Shown here piece by piece: positions 55,303-63,756 of a stretch of 64,000 bases of DNA. Each line of letters opens with the position of its first letter. Position 1 is the first letter of the stretch. The notes under the pieces were generated by a model. That model was not told where the DNA came from. It saw nothing but the letters and a program-made list of their open reading frames with translations, and searched no databases. Position numbers and translations under genes: made by a program. Source of the DNA: Anaerolineales bacterium (lineage in GTDB: Bacteria; Chloroflexota; Anaerolineae; Anaerolineales; UBA4823); assembly GCA_020354045.1 (NCBI GenBank), contig CP070639.1, forward strand, positions 3,412,535-3,476,534, in the 5' to 3' direction.

Positions 55303-56338
55303 TGTTATTTACTTTAACCACAGGCGCAACACTGCGACCAACCGCTTGAGCGACCCCGCGTATTTGCCGAACCAGTTCCGCGAAGCGCTCAGGCTTAAGT
55401 GACTGACCTCCATCCGAGTAAGCCGCAGCCGGGTCTGGATGAACTTCAACCAACAGGCCATCAGCGCCGGCAGCAACCCCAGCTCGGGCAATAGCAGTGA
55501 CATATTCCCAATAACCGGTACTGTGACTGGGGTCTAGCAAAACCGGCAGGTGGGTCATGGATTTCAACACTGGGATGGCATTGATATCAGTGGTATTGCG
55601 CGTGGCCGTTTCAAAAGTCCGGATACCGCGCTCGCATAGGATGACACGGCGATTGCCATGCGAGAGGATATACTCAGCCGCCATGAGCAACTCTTCAACC
55701 GTGGCTGACATACCACGCTTCAGCAGAACCGGGTGCTGGCTCTCTCCCACAGCATGGAGCAGGGAATAATTTTGCATGTTACGCGCCCCGATCTGGAGGA
55801 CATCGGCATAACGTATCAACAAGGGGATTTGCTCAATAGCCATCACCTCCGTCACTATCGGCAGCCCAGTAGCCTGGCGAGCCTCGGCTAATATTTCCAG
55901 AGCAGTCTCACCTAATCCCTGAAAAGAATAGGGAGAGGTGCGCGGCTTGTATGCGCCACCGCGTAAAGCCTGCGCCCCGGCTTCTCGCACAGCTTCGGCG
56001 ACTTCCATCAGCTGGCTCCGGCATTCCACAGAACAAGGTCCCGCAATAATCACAATATTTTCTCCGCCAATCTGTATGCCATCTAAATTAAATATTGAAT
56101 TAGCTGGGCTGAACTCGCGCGAGGCCAGCTTGTATGGTCGTGAGATTGGCACAACCCGGTCAACGCCGGGTAGGTGGAAAAACTGTTCTTTTTGTACTGG
56201 GCGCCCGTCTCCAATGGCTCCAATGATTGTACGCTCCTCACCTGTAGACAAATGGGCGCGCAGTCCATTCGCCTGGACAATTTTGACCACTTCATCTATT
56301 TGATTGCGAGTTGCAGTGGTACGCATAATAATCATCAT
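55277..56338 (-). CDS. aroF: 3-deoxy-7-phosphoheptulonate (DAHP) synthase, type I-beta with N-terminal ferredoxin-like regulatory domain
   Basis: The N-terminal ~70 aa form an ACT/FL-like domain ([24 protein letters not shown]), then IIAGPCSVE...[14 protein letters not shown]...DPSH. Confidence 0.9.
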   Translation of the reverse strand: MMIIMRTTATRNQIDEVVKIVQANGLRAHLSTGEERTIIGAIGDGRPVQKEQFFHLPGVDRVVPISRPYKLASREFSPANSIFNLDGIQIGGENIVIIAGPCSVECRSQLMEVAEAVREAGAQALRGGAYKPRTSPYSFQGLGETALEILAEARQATGLPIVTEVMAIEQIPLLIRYADVLQIGARNMQNYSLLHAVGESQHPVLLKRGMSATVEELLMAAEYILSHGNRRVILCERGIRTFETATRNTTDINAIPVLKSMTHLPVLLDPSHSTGYWEYVTAIARAGVAAGADGLLVEVHPDPAAAYSDGGQSLKPERFAELVRQIRGVAQAVGRSVAPVVKVNNNGQTHGSR

Positions 56339-56360
56339 CGCCTTTTCTCCATCTTCTAAG

Positions 56361-56735
56361 TTAGATACTTTGGTTTAAGTCTGGACGCAATGCAACCGCC
56401 GCACCCAGATACACATGCTGGATCGCGACTTGAGGCAGGTCAGTATTCCAATGAAGCAAGACGCGAATACAGCGAGGCAAGTCACCTGGTACCGGGATTT
56501 CACGCGCGCAGAGAAGTGGCACCCGATCCCAGCCCAGCTCACGGGCAGCACGCGCGGGATAGGCAGCCGTCAGATCTTCAGTGACTGTGAAAACTGCGCT
56601 GGCAATCTCCTCGGGTTGCATTTGTGGATTGGCTTCCAGCATCTTGTTTAACAGCTCGTGGGAGGCTGCCAAGATCGACTCAGGTGAGTTTGCCTCACAA
56701 GTATTTGCTCCTCGAACACCGCGAACAGCCATCAT
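56361..56735 (-). CDS. aroH: Chorismate mutase, AroH class
   Basis: [22 protein letters not shown] chose ATG 56735 because the track ATG 56747 lies inside the RBS GAGGAGAGG. Confidence 0.9.
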   Translation of the reverse strand: MMAVRGVRGANTCEANSPESILAASHELLNKMLEANPQMQPEEIASAVFTVTEDLTAAYPARAARELGWDRVPLLCAREIPVPGDLPRCIRVLLHWNTDLPQVAIQHVYLGAAVALRPDLNQSI

Positions 56736-56763
56736 TCCTCTCCTCATTTATAACGAAAGAAAC

Positions 56764-56791
56764 AAAAAAACGCGAGGCCGTTAGCCTCGCG
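56764..56791 (-). terminator. Attenuator terminator: CGCGAGGC-UAACG-GCCUCGCG + U7, 28 nt upstream of aroH
   Basis: 8-bp GC-rich stem (56791-56771), extendable by A5/U5, followed by UUUUUUU (56770-56764). It is located inside the 5' leader, not after a gene. Confidence 0.7.
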
Positions 56792-56818
56792 TTTTTGGTT
56801 AGATATGTGTCCAATCGC

Positions 56819-56899
56819 TTAAACGCTTCTAACGGCAGATTTGTCATTGATGCCGTAATAATAAAAAGCGTAATAGCGAACGAATGAGATGTTGTTCAT
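56819..56899 (-). CDS. 26-codon aromatic-rich leader peptide MNNISFVRYYAFYYYGINDKSAVRSV
   Basis: Hand translation of the minus strand. 5 Tyr + 2 Phe of 26 residues, concentrated as Y-Y-A-F-Y-Y-Y. It lies about 25 nt downstream of the predicted TSS. Only a weak purine-rich RBS (AAGAAG) is present. Its last 5 codons form the antiterminator strand. Confidence 0.55.
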   Translation of the reverse strand: MNNISFVRYYAFYYYGINDKSAVRSV

Positions 56900-56930
56900 C
56901 AAAATTCTTCTTTTTAATTTCGTAAACCGA

Positions 56931-56959
56931 ATTCTACTCGCAGGGGATTAAGCTGTCAA
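56931..56959 (-). promoter_or_regulatory. Near-consensus sigma70 promoter TTGACA-17-TAGAAT for the aromatic operon
   Basis: Minus strand: TTGACA (56959-56954), an exact 17-nt spacer, TAGAAT (56936-56931). Confidence 0.6.
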
Positions 56960-56992
56960 GTAGACTCTTTGGAAATTGAGAAGGCAAGCCGG

Positions 56993-58639
56993 TCAGGGCG
57001 TGCTTTTGCTGACCAGCGGTAGATAGAGTTTGTTGTATATTGGTTCGGGTGCTTTGACGGTCAACTCAGCGCATGTTTCCGCACCGGTGTTACCTAAGGC
57101 ATCCCACCCCCGTACACAAAGGGTGTAAGTGTCTTCTGAACCAGGAGCATCAAAAGCTGCGATGACAAGCTCGGTCACCTCGTCGAAGGCGCCATCTTCT
57201 GCCTGCATAGCATCCCAGGTTTGACCTGAATCAAGGCTGTATTCGGCTGAATTGATCACTGACCCACCAGAATAAGTATCACTGATCGTTGCTGTGACAG
57301 TCACCAATTGGGTTACAACCACCGGGTTGGGATCTAAATCTAAATTGACTGTACCTGGTCCTTCGCCATCAACAATTAATGGTTTGCAGCTGGCACTTCC
57401 CTGCTTGGGAATTGAATCGTACCCCCTGACACAAAGATTGTATGTTCCAGACTGATCCGGTGCAAAAATCGTCACCTTCACATTCTCAACCACCTCATCA
57501 AAGGTCCCGTCTTCTGCCTGCATAGCATCCCAGTTTTGACCAGAATCGAGGCTGTATTCGGCTGAATTGATCACTGACCCACCAGAAAAAGTATCACTGA
57601 TGGTTGCCGTAACAGTCATCAGTTGCGTTGTACCTACGCGGCTGGGTTGCAACAAAACATCTGTGGTTATTGGTCCCTGATCGTCTACACTTAATGAGAT
57701 ACAAGTGGTGCTGCCCTCATTGGTAGCTGTATCTGTGCCTTTAACACACAGGTCATACATCCCATGCTGGTCCGGAGCCGAGAAATTAGCTTCCACTGTT
57801 TCAGCGCTCTCATCATAGCTGCCATCCTGGGCAGCCATCGGCGACCAGCTCCCTGCCTGACCAATTCTGTAATCTGCTGAAGCAATCATTGAAAGTCCGG
57901 TGGTGGTATCATCGATGGTTGCGCTAAAGCTCATCAATGCATTTACCCCAGCTGGATTAGGGCTGGCAACCAGATTCGTGCTGACCGGTCCTTCGTGATC
58001 CACACGACCCATAAATAAATCTACCTTATTTTGCTCGGGGCTCTTGGAATTGATCCCGCTGAATGCCAGGGTACCGGTGAGGGTAAAACCAGCGCTTAAA
58101 TCATACCCGGTCACATTCCAATCCAGACTCGAACCAGGTGTTCCTGAAAAATCCCCGAGGGGATTGCCATCCAGCATCACACCGGTCAGGTTAACTACGG
58201 TCGAGGCATGATTCTCTACAACAATCCGCATCTGAAGATAATTAAGAGCACTCAAATAGCTGTAAGCCAATGCGCCTTTGAGATTCAGTACCTGGGTAGA
58301 ATAATTGAGATAATCAAATGAATACACACCATGTGTGTTGGTAATGGCGATGTTTAGCTTATCCAAAGCCGAACTATAGGTGAAAGCAAACGTATTCTGG
58401 GCATCCCAGCTCACATCGTTAGACGAACCTGTGGCACTATCTAAACCCAGAAAAGCCTCCCAACTATTCTCAGTTGTAAAATTGCGGAACTTGCCATAAC
58501 CCAACAAGACTGCTGTCGGATCTGCCCCGGGAGTAACAACCAGAGTTGTATATGGGTTGGCACTGCCTAGTTGTGTTGGGTAAGCCCCAAAGATCAAATA
58601 CAAAATAATTACACCGGTTATGAAAAGCTTCTTCGTCAC
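56993..58639 (-). CDS. Secreted/anchored protein with three tandem ~105-aa Ig-like repeats
   Basis: N-terminal signal/anchor KKLFITGVIILYLIFGAYP. The repeats contain I(S/D)DT(F/Y/T)(S/T)G..(I/M)(N/A)SA(E/D)Y...W..M.A.DG.(F/Y)DE...Y.LCV(R/K)G.D. The start is probably GTG 58639, 5 nt after GGAGG. Confidence 0.65.
   Translation of the reverse strand: MTKKLFITGVIILYLIFGAYPTQLGSANPYTTLVVTPGADPTAVLLGYGKFRNFTTENSWEAFLGLDSATGSSNDVSWDAQNTFAFTYSSALDKLNIAITNTHGVYSFDYLNYSTQVLNLKGALAYSYLSALNYLQMRIVVENHASTVVNLTGVMLDGNPLGDFSGTPGSSLDWNVTGYDLSAGFTLTGTLAFSGINSKSPEQNKVDLFMGRVDHEGPVSTNLVASPNPAGVNALMSFSATIDDTTTGLSMIASADYRIGQAGSWSPMAAQDGSYDESAETVEANFSAPDQHGMYDLCVKGTDTATNEGSTTCISLSVDDQGPITTDVLLQPSRVGTTQLMTVTATISDTFSGGSVINSAEYSLDSGQNWDAMQAEDGTFDEVVENVKVTIFAPDQSGTYNLCVRGYDSIPKQGSASCKPLIVDGEGPGTVNLDLDPNPVVVTQLVTVTATISDTYSGGSVINSAEYSLDSGQTWDAMQAEDGAFDEVTELVIAAFDAPGSEDTYTLCVRGWDALGNTGAETCAELTVKAPEPIYNKLYLPLVSKSTP
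57195..57601. repeat. Intragenic direct repeat: 92-nt blocks at 57195-57286 and 57510-57601 differ at 4 positions (315-nt period)
   Basis: Aligned by eye. The flanking parts of the same protein repeats are much more diverged. Confidence 0.8.
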
Positions 58640-58943
58640 GACATCCTCCACGAAATAACTTAAAAATGATACTTGCCAATTCCAAAAAAAATAGAAGGTA
58701 CAGACCTTGCAAGGTAAGTACTTTCTTCGATAGTATAGGATTTTATTTGGTTTCTTGGCTTATCAAAATCGTTAGGATGCAACCCAAAAGAGAAGAAATA
58801 TCGGCCAAATTCAAATTGGCAATCTATCTAGCCGGAGAGATTATTTATCAATTTCGCTGTCAATTAGACAAAATATATCTTATAATACAGGTTCGATTTC
58901 TTCCGCGTTGACACAGAGCAAGTGATTTAGGAGTGGAGGTATT

Positions 58944-59276
58944 ATGAGTTTGGAAAAACGACCTTTGCAATTGGCGGAATGGGTCAATGGCTTGATGGAA
59001 ACCGGTGATATCAACACGGAAATTTGTTCCCACATGGACCAGGTTCAAAATGTCATCCCAAGCGCTGATGGTTGTGAGGAGTGCCTGCAGTTAGGTGATG
59101 ATTGGGTATACTTGCGGCTTTGTATGATCTGTGGCCATGTGGGTTGCTGCGATAACTCCAAGAATAAACATGCCACCAAGCACTATCACTCCACTGATCA
59201 CCCGTTAATCAAGTCGTTTGAGCCTGGTGAAAATTGGATATGGTGCTACCCCGACCAAGAATTATTCACCCCATAA
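58944..59276 (+). CDS. UBP-type zinc-finger protein
   Basis: CSHMD...CEECLQLGDDWVYLRLCMICGHVGCCDNSKNKHATKHYHSTDHPL. GGAGG RBS. Confidence 0.8.
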   Translation: MSLEKRPLQLAEWVNGLMETGDINTEICSHMDQVQNVIPSADGCEECLQLGDDWVYLRLCMICGHVGCCDNSKNKHATKHYHSTDHPLIKSFEPGENWIWCYPDQELFTP

Positions 59277-59289
59277 GACCGAGCACTAA

Positions 59290-61122
59290 ATGTACGATTT
59301 TCTAAGAAAGGTCCCTCTATTTGCCGACCTGCCAGATGAAGATTTGGACCGTCTTTGCCAGATGGTCACCGAGGTCAGGCTACAAGCTGGAGATGAGCTG
59401 TTTGCAGAAGGCAGCCCAGGTAATCGCGCCTTCGTTATTCAAGAGGGAGAAATCGAGATTCTAAAGTCCTCGGGGGGGCGCAACGTCCAGATAGCTTTAC
59501 GTAAGCCTGGAGAAGTCATCGGAGAAATGTCACTATTAGAGTCCGCTCCACGCTTTGCCTCTGGACGAGCGCGCACAGACAGTTTATTGTTAGCGATAGG
59601 TCATGAGCAGCTCAACAACTTGCTCAACACCAGTCCATCGGCAGCTCGAGCGATGCTGCACACCATAACTGCCCGCCTGCGCTCCACCGAACTGGTGCTG
59701 CGTCAAAGCGAAAAGATGGCTCAACTCGGCACATTAACAGCCGGCATCGCCCATGAACTGAACAACCCAGCAGCAGCTGCCGGAAGGGGGGCACAACAAT
59801 TAAAAACAATATTCGCCCAATATCAACAAGCCAGCCAGGATCTATATCACAGGCAATTTTCTCCTGTCCAGACGGAGGCGATTGAATCTTTGGATAGTCT
59901 GGTGCGTTCTCGCGCTGCCAAACCAGCAGATGTTGATACGCTCACCCGCAGCGATCGAGAAGAGGAAGCAGAAAACTGGCTTGAAGATCTTGGGATTGAA
60001 GAGCCATGGAATTATGCCCCTGTGATGGTTAATCTTGGTTACCCTGAAGAGGACATCCGCTCCTGGCTTGCAAAATTCCAGGGAGAAGTATTAGAAGCAG
60101 TGCTCCAATGGTTGGAAGCAAACTTGAGCACCTATACCCTGCTGGAGGAGATCAGCCAGGGGGCGAGCAGGATCGGCGAGATCGTCAAATCCCTGAAATC
60201 ATATGTATACCTGGACCAGGCACCTGTTCAAGAGGTGGATATTCACGAAGGGTTAGACAACACCTTGGTGATGCTGCGCAGCAAGTTAAAAACAGGGATC
60301 AATGTCCGGCGCGAATACACTAAGAACCTACCTCGCATCCAGGCATATGGGAGCGAACTTAACCAGGTATGGACAAACCTGATCGATAACGCTATCGATG
60401 CCATGGAAGGCAATGGAGAACTGATCCTGCGTACTGCGCTTGAAAACGATAATGTAATCGTGGAAATTCAGGATAATGGCCCGGGCATCCCTCAGGAAAT
60501 ACAAACCAAACTGTTTAGCCCATTTTTCACCACTAAACCAGTAGGCAAAGGCACTGGATTGGGGCTTAATATCAGTTACAACATCATACAGAAGCATGCA
60601 GGTGAGATCAAACTTTACTCACGCCCGGGTAAGACTTGCTTTACAGTGATCCTGCCCATTAATTTCGATGCGGCTAAAACCGGCACTGCGACATTGGTCA
60701 GCCGCAGTAAACCTAAGGATGAAATGTTAAGAAATATACTAGATCAAAACAAGCATATTGCCGTTGTTGGCATCTCCAACCGCACAGAAGTCCCAGCGCA
60801 CAGTGTGCCCGCCTATCTGCAACAGGTTGGTTACCGAATCTATCCTGTCAATCCGAACCTGACAGAGGTTCTAGGTGAAAAAGCTTATCCAGACTTGCTC
60901 GCACTTCCAGATCCAGTGGATGTAGTCCTGATTTTTCGGCGCAGCGAGGCGGTACCACCGATCGTGGAGCAGGCGATTAAGATTGGAGCAAAGGTCGTCT
61001 GGATGCAGGAGGGGATTGTCAATGAAGCCGCTGCAGAGACAGCCAGAGAAGCTGGTCTGGAGGTTGTCATGGATACCTGCATGCGTGCCACCCATAAACG
61101 CCTGATGGCAAACACGAAGTAA
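59290..61122 (+). CDS. Hybrid sensor: cyclic-nucleotide-binding domain + HisKA/HATPase histidine kinase + C-terminal CoA-binding (YccU-like) domain
   Basis: cNMP domain: VPLFADLPDEDLDRL...GEVIGEMSLL...RARTDS. Kinase: AGIAHELNNPAAA, NLIDNAIDAM, DNGPGIP, GKGTGLGLNISY. CoA-binding domain: IAVVGISNRTEVPAHSVPAYLQQVGYRIYPVNPN...VDVVLIFRR...VWMQEG. Confidence 0.85.
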   Translation: MYDFLRKVPLFADLPDEDLDRLCQMVTEVRLQAGDELFAEGSPGNRAFVIQEGEIEILKSSGGRNVQIALRKPGEVIGEMSLLESAPRFASGRARTDSLLLAIGHEQLNNLLNTSPSAARAMLHTITARLRSTELVLRQSEKMAQLGTLTAGIAHELNNPAAAAGRGAQQLKTIFAQYQQASQDLYHRQFSPVQTEAIESLDSLVRSRAAKPADVDTLTRSDREEEAENWLEDLGIEEPWNYAPVMVNLGYPEEDIRSWLAKFQGEVLEAVLQWLEANLSTYTLLEEISQGASRIGEIVKSLKSYVYLDQAPVQEVDIHEGLDNTLVMLRSKLKTGINVRREYTKNLPRIQAYGSELNQVWTNLIDNAIDAMEGNGELILRTALENDNVIVEIQDNGPGIPQEIQTKLFSPFFTTKPVGKGTGLGLNISYNIIQKHAGEIKLYSRPGKTCFTVILPINFDAAKTGTATLVSRSKPKDEMLRNILDQNKHIAVVGISNRTEVPAHSVPAYLQQVGYRIYPVNPNLTEVLGEKAYPDLLALPDPVDVVLIFRRSEAVPPIVEQAIKIGAKVVWMQEGIVNEAAAETAREAGLEVVMDTCMRATHKRLMANTK

Positions 61123-61125
61123 TCC

Positions 61126-61785
61126 ATGATTTGGATCATCTTGCTCGCCCATTTCCTGGCAGATTACCCCCTGCAATTTCCCTGGATTTTGCGCAACAAG
61201 CACCGTGCCCACGCGGTCGCGGTTCACGCTGGCATTCACCTGCTCGTACTGCTGCTCCTGGTGGGCGCAGAGCGAGCACGCATCTGGCCTTATCTGGTGG
61301 TTTTGACCGTTATACATTTCTTTATTGATCTTGGAAAAAATCTGGTTTACAAACTGAGACCTAATTGGGTGGTTGTCCCTTATATCGTCGACCAATGCAT
61401 TCATTATGTAGTGATATTCGGGACAGCAGCCTGGATGCAAGCTGTTCTAGGAGATATATCCTTACCTTTTGACCCGCGCTGGGCAGTCCTTGCGACTGGT
61501 TACCTGGTGGTGATGTATGTGTGGTTCATCAGCGAACGTATCATCGTGTATGGCACTCCATCCTACCAGGCTGAGGTACAAGCACAAGCATGGTCTCGCA
61601 TGCTAACCCGCGGCGGATTGCTCACCATACTACTGGCAATAAATGGAATTTCAACCAGCGCAGCTGTTGCAGCCATCACGACTGCAACATTGCCCTATGT
61701 TGAAGGTAAATATCGCTGGAGAGCGTTTGTGACCGATATTATGGTTGTTTGTACAACCTGGCTATTCACCCTCCTGGCAACTTGA
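61126..61785 (+). CDS. DUF3307-like polytopic membrane protein
   Basis: LLAHFLADYPLQFPWI at the N-terminus, 6-7 TM segments. It starts 3 nt after the kinase gene. Confidence 0.6.
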   Translation: MIWIILLAHFLADYPLQFPWILRNKHRAHAVAVHAGIHLLVLLLLVGAERARIWPYLVVLTVIHFFIDLGKNLVYKLRPNWVVVPYIVDQCIHYVVIFGTAAWMQAVLGDISLPFDPRWAVLATGYLVVMYVWFISERIIVYGTPSYQAEVQAQAWSRMLTRGGLLTILLAINGISTSAAVAAITTATLPYVEGKYRWRAFVTDIMVVCTTWLFTLLAT

Positions 61786-61821
61786 GAGAACCGAGAAGAA
61801 ATTTCTTGAACACGAAACAGA

Positions 61822-63756
61822 ATGAACTGTCACATTTGCTCCTTCGATAATCCATCCGACGCGATTTTTTGTCAAAACTGTGGCAACCATTTAGAGCGAA
61901 CTTGTCCCAACTGCAGCACATTAAATACCACCACAGCTAAATTTTGCAAACAATGTGGCACTCGCCTGGAATCAAAGCCAGCTGCAAATATGCTTGGCCT
62001 GGAAAGAAGCAAAGACCATCCCGCAACCCCAACCGACTCACGGCTAGCCCGTCTGGTGGCAAACACTCCAACTGCTCTGGCAGAGAAAATTCGATCCGCA
62101 ACACATCTATCGGGCGAACGCCGGGTGGTTACCGCGCTGTTTGCCGACGTGGTTGGTTCCACAGCCCTCTCAGCTCACATGGACCCTGAAGATTGGACTG
62201 GCATCATGAATCAGGCCTTCGAGCTGCTCGTACCCGCTGTATTTTTGTACGAAGGCACCATAGCCAGATTGATGGGAGATAGCCTTTTAGCTTTCTTTGG
62301 AGCCCCGATCGCCCATGAAGACGACCCCATCAGGGCAGCCCATGCCGCTTTGGAAATCATTGCGACCACGCAACGTTTTGCGGATGAAGTGCGTCGCGTA
62401 CACGGAATCGATTTTGCGGTTAGAGTTGGTTTAAGCACCGGACCGGTGGTTGTCGGAGATGTTGGCAGTGATCTGGTATATGAATATACTGCCATGGGGG
62501 ATGCAATTAATCTGGCAGCGCGATTGCAATCCGCCGCCCGTCCAATGACTGTCTTAATTGCTGAGAACACTTATCGGTTTATCGCCCCCGTATTCGAGTG
62601 TGCAGACCTGGGAAAGATCACTATAAAAGGAAAAACCGAACGCATTCAAGTTTACGAAGTAGTGGAACCCAAGAGCAAGCCGGGAATGTTACGCGGCTTA
62701 AAAGGTCTGTCAAGCCCGATGGTAGGGCGAGCTTCTGAGCTAAATGAATTGATCCACCTGACTGAAATTGTACAAGCCGGCCTGGGTCGAACAGCTTTGG
62801 TAGTAGGCGAAGCTGGTCTAGGGAAATCACGCCTTGTGGCAGAATTGAAATCTCGCTTATTGGATGATGAGTCAGGCACGAGAACATTTGAGTGGGTCGA
62901 GGGTCATTGCCTGTCTTATGGTCAGGGATTAGCTTATCACTTGTTGATCGATATGGTTCGATCTATATTGGGGTTGGGTGACAAGCCCAGCGACGAAAAC
63001 AACTATACCTACATACGACAAATAGCGACCCATCTGCTTGGTGAGCAAGCAGAAGAGATCACCCCATATCTAGGTCATCTGCTTTCGTTACCTTTGGAGC
63101 CAGAGGTCATCGAGCGAATTCGCCTGACTGATCCGCAAAGTCTACAAAATCAATACCTATCTTCGATACGCCGTATCTTATTCGCCAAAGCAGCGCATCA
63201 TCCGTTAATCTTGGTGTGTGAAGACCTCCATTGGGCTGACCCATCTTCTGTAGAACTGCTCACCAAACTGCTGACGTTAACCAACGAGCTACCCATATTG
63301 TTTTGTTTTTTGACGCGACCAGACCGGGATGCACCTGGTTGGCGCCTAGTAAATGCAGCCCGTGATCGTCTTGGGAACGGGCTGGTAGAGATAAACCTCC
63401 AATCCCTGACTGAAACAGATAGCCGTCAGCTGGTCGCAAACTTATTGGAAATTGAAGCGTTACCAGAAAAAGTTCGTGCAATTATCTTGAAGAAAGCGGA
63501 GGGCAATCCATTTTTTGTCGAGGAAGTGATCCGCATGTTGATTGACCAAGAAGTCATCGTGCAGAAAAATGGGAGTTGGGCGGTTGAGAAGTCAATCGAC
63601 ACGGTAGAGATACCGGATAATTTACAAAGCTTGCTTCTGGCGCGGATCGATCGCCTACCTGAAGATGTGAAACGCGCTCTACGAGTAGCGTCTGTGATTG
63701 GACGACGATTCTCTGTACGGGTATTAGAACAGGTAATGGAAAGGCAGGGATATTGA
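61822..63756 (+). CDS. Double zinc-ribbon + class III adenylate/guanylate cyclase + AAA/STAND NTPase (N-terminal part of a split or frameshifted gene)
   Basis: CHICSF...CQNCG...CPNCS...CKQCG. Cyclase domain RRVVTALFADVVGST...GDSLLAFFGAP. P-loop VVGEAGLGKSRL. Walker B LILVCEDLHWAD. Confidence 0.8.
   Translation: MNCHICSFDNPSDAIFCQNCGNHLERTCPNCSTLNTTTAKFCKQCGTRLESKPAANMLGLERSKDHPATPTDSRLARLVANTPTALAEKIRSATHLSGERRVVTALFADVVGSTALSAHMDPEDWTGIMNQAFELLVPAVFLYEGTIARLMGDSLLAFFGAPIAHEDDPIRAAHAALEIIATTQRFADEVRRVHGIDFAVRVGLSTGPVVVGDVGSDLVYEYTAMGDAINLAARLQSAARPMTVLIAENTYRFIAPVFECADLGKITIKGKTERIQVYEVVEPKSKPGMLRGLKGLSSPMVGRASELNELIHLTEIVQAGLGRTALVVGEAGLGKSRLVAELKSRLLDDESGTRTFEWVEGHCLSYGQGLAYHLLIDMVRSILGLGDKPSDENNYTYIRQIATHLLGEQAEEITPYLGHLLSLPLEPEVIERIRLTDPQSLQNQYLSSIRRILFAKAAHHPLILVCEDLHWADPSSVELLTKLLTLTNELPILFCFLTRPDRDAPGWRLVNAARDRLGNGLVEINLQSLTETDSRQLVANLLEIEALPEKVRAIILKKAEGNPFFVEEVIRMLIDQEVIVQKNGSWAVEKSIDTVEIPDNLQSLLLARIDRLPEDVKRALRVASVIGRRFSVRVLEQVMERQGY

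Noticed and set aside
56748-56992. T-box riboswitch as the regulator of the aro operon
   Set aside because: I looked for the conserved T-box sequence (GGUGG-N-ACCGCG type) and a specifier-loop arrangement on the minus strand and found neither. The leader-peptide model fits the sequence much better.
57195-57900. Possible CRISPR-like or tandem non-coding repeat
   Set aside because: There are only 2-3 copies with a 315-nt period. They are entirely in frame within a long ORF and encode repeated protein domains. No short spacer/repeat architecture is present.
63754-63756. In-frame TGA as selenocysteine or programmed read-through
   Set aside because: Two consecutive TGA codons occur in the original frame. 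The homologous continuation is in a different frame starting at the overlapping ATG. No SECIS-like hairpin is apparent.
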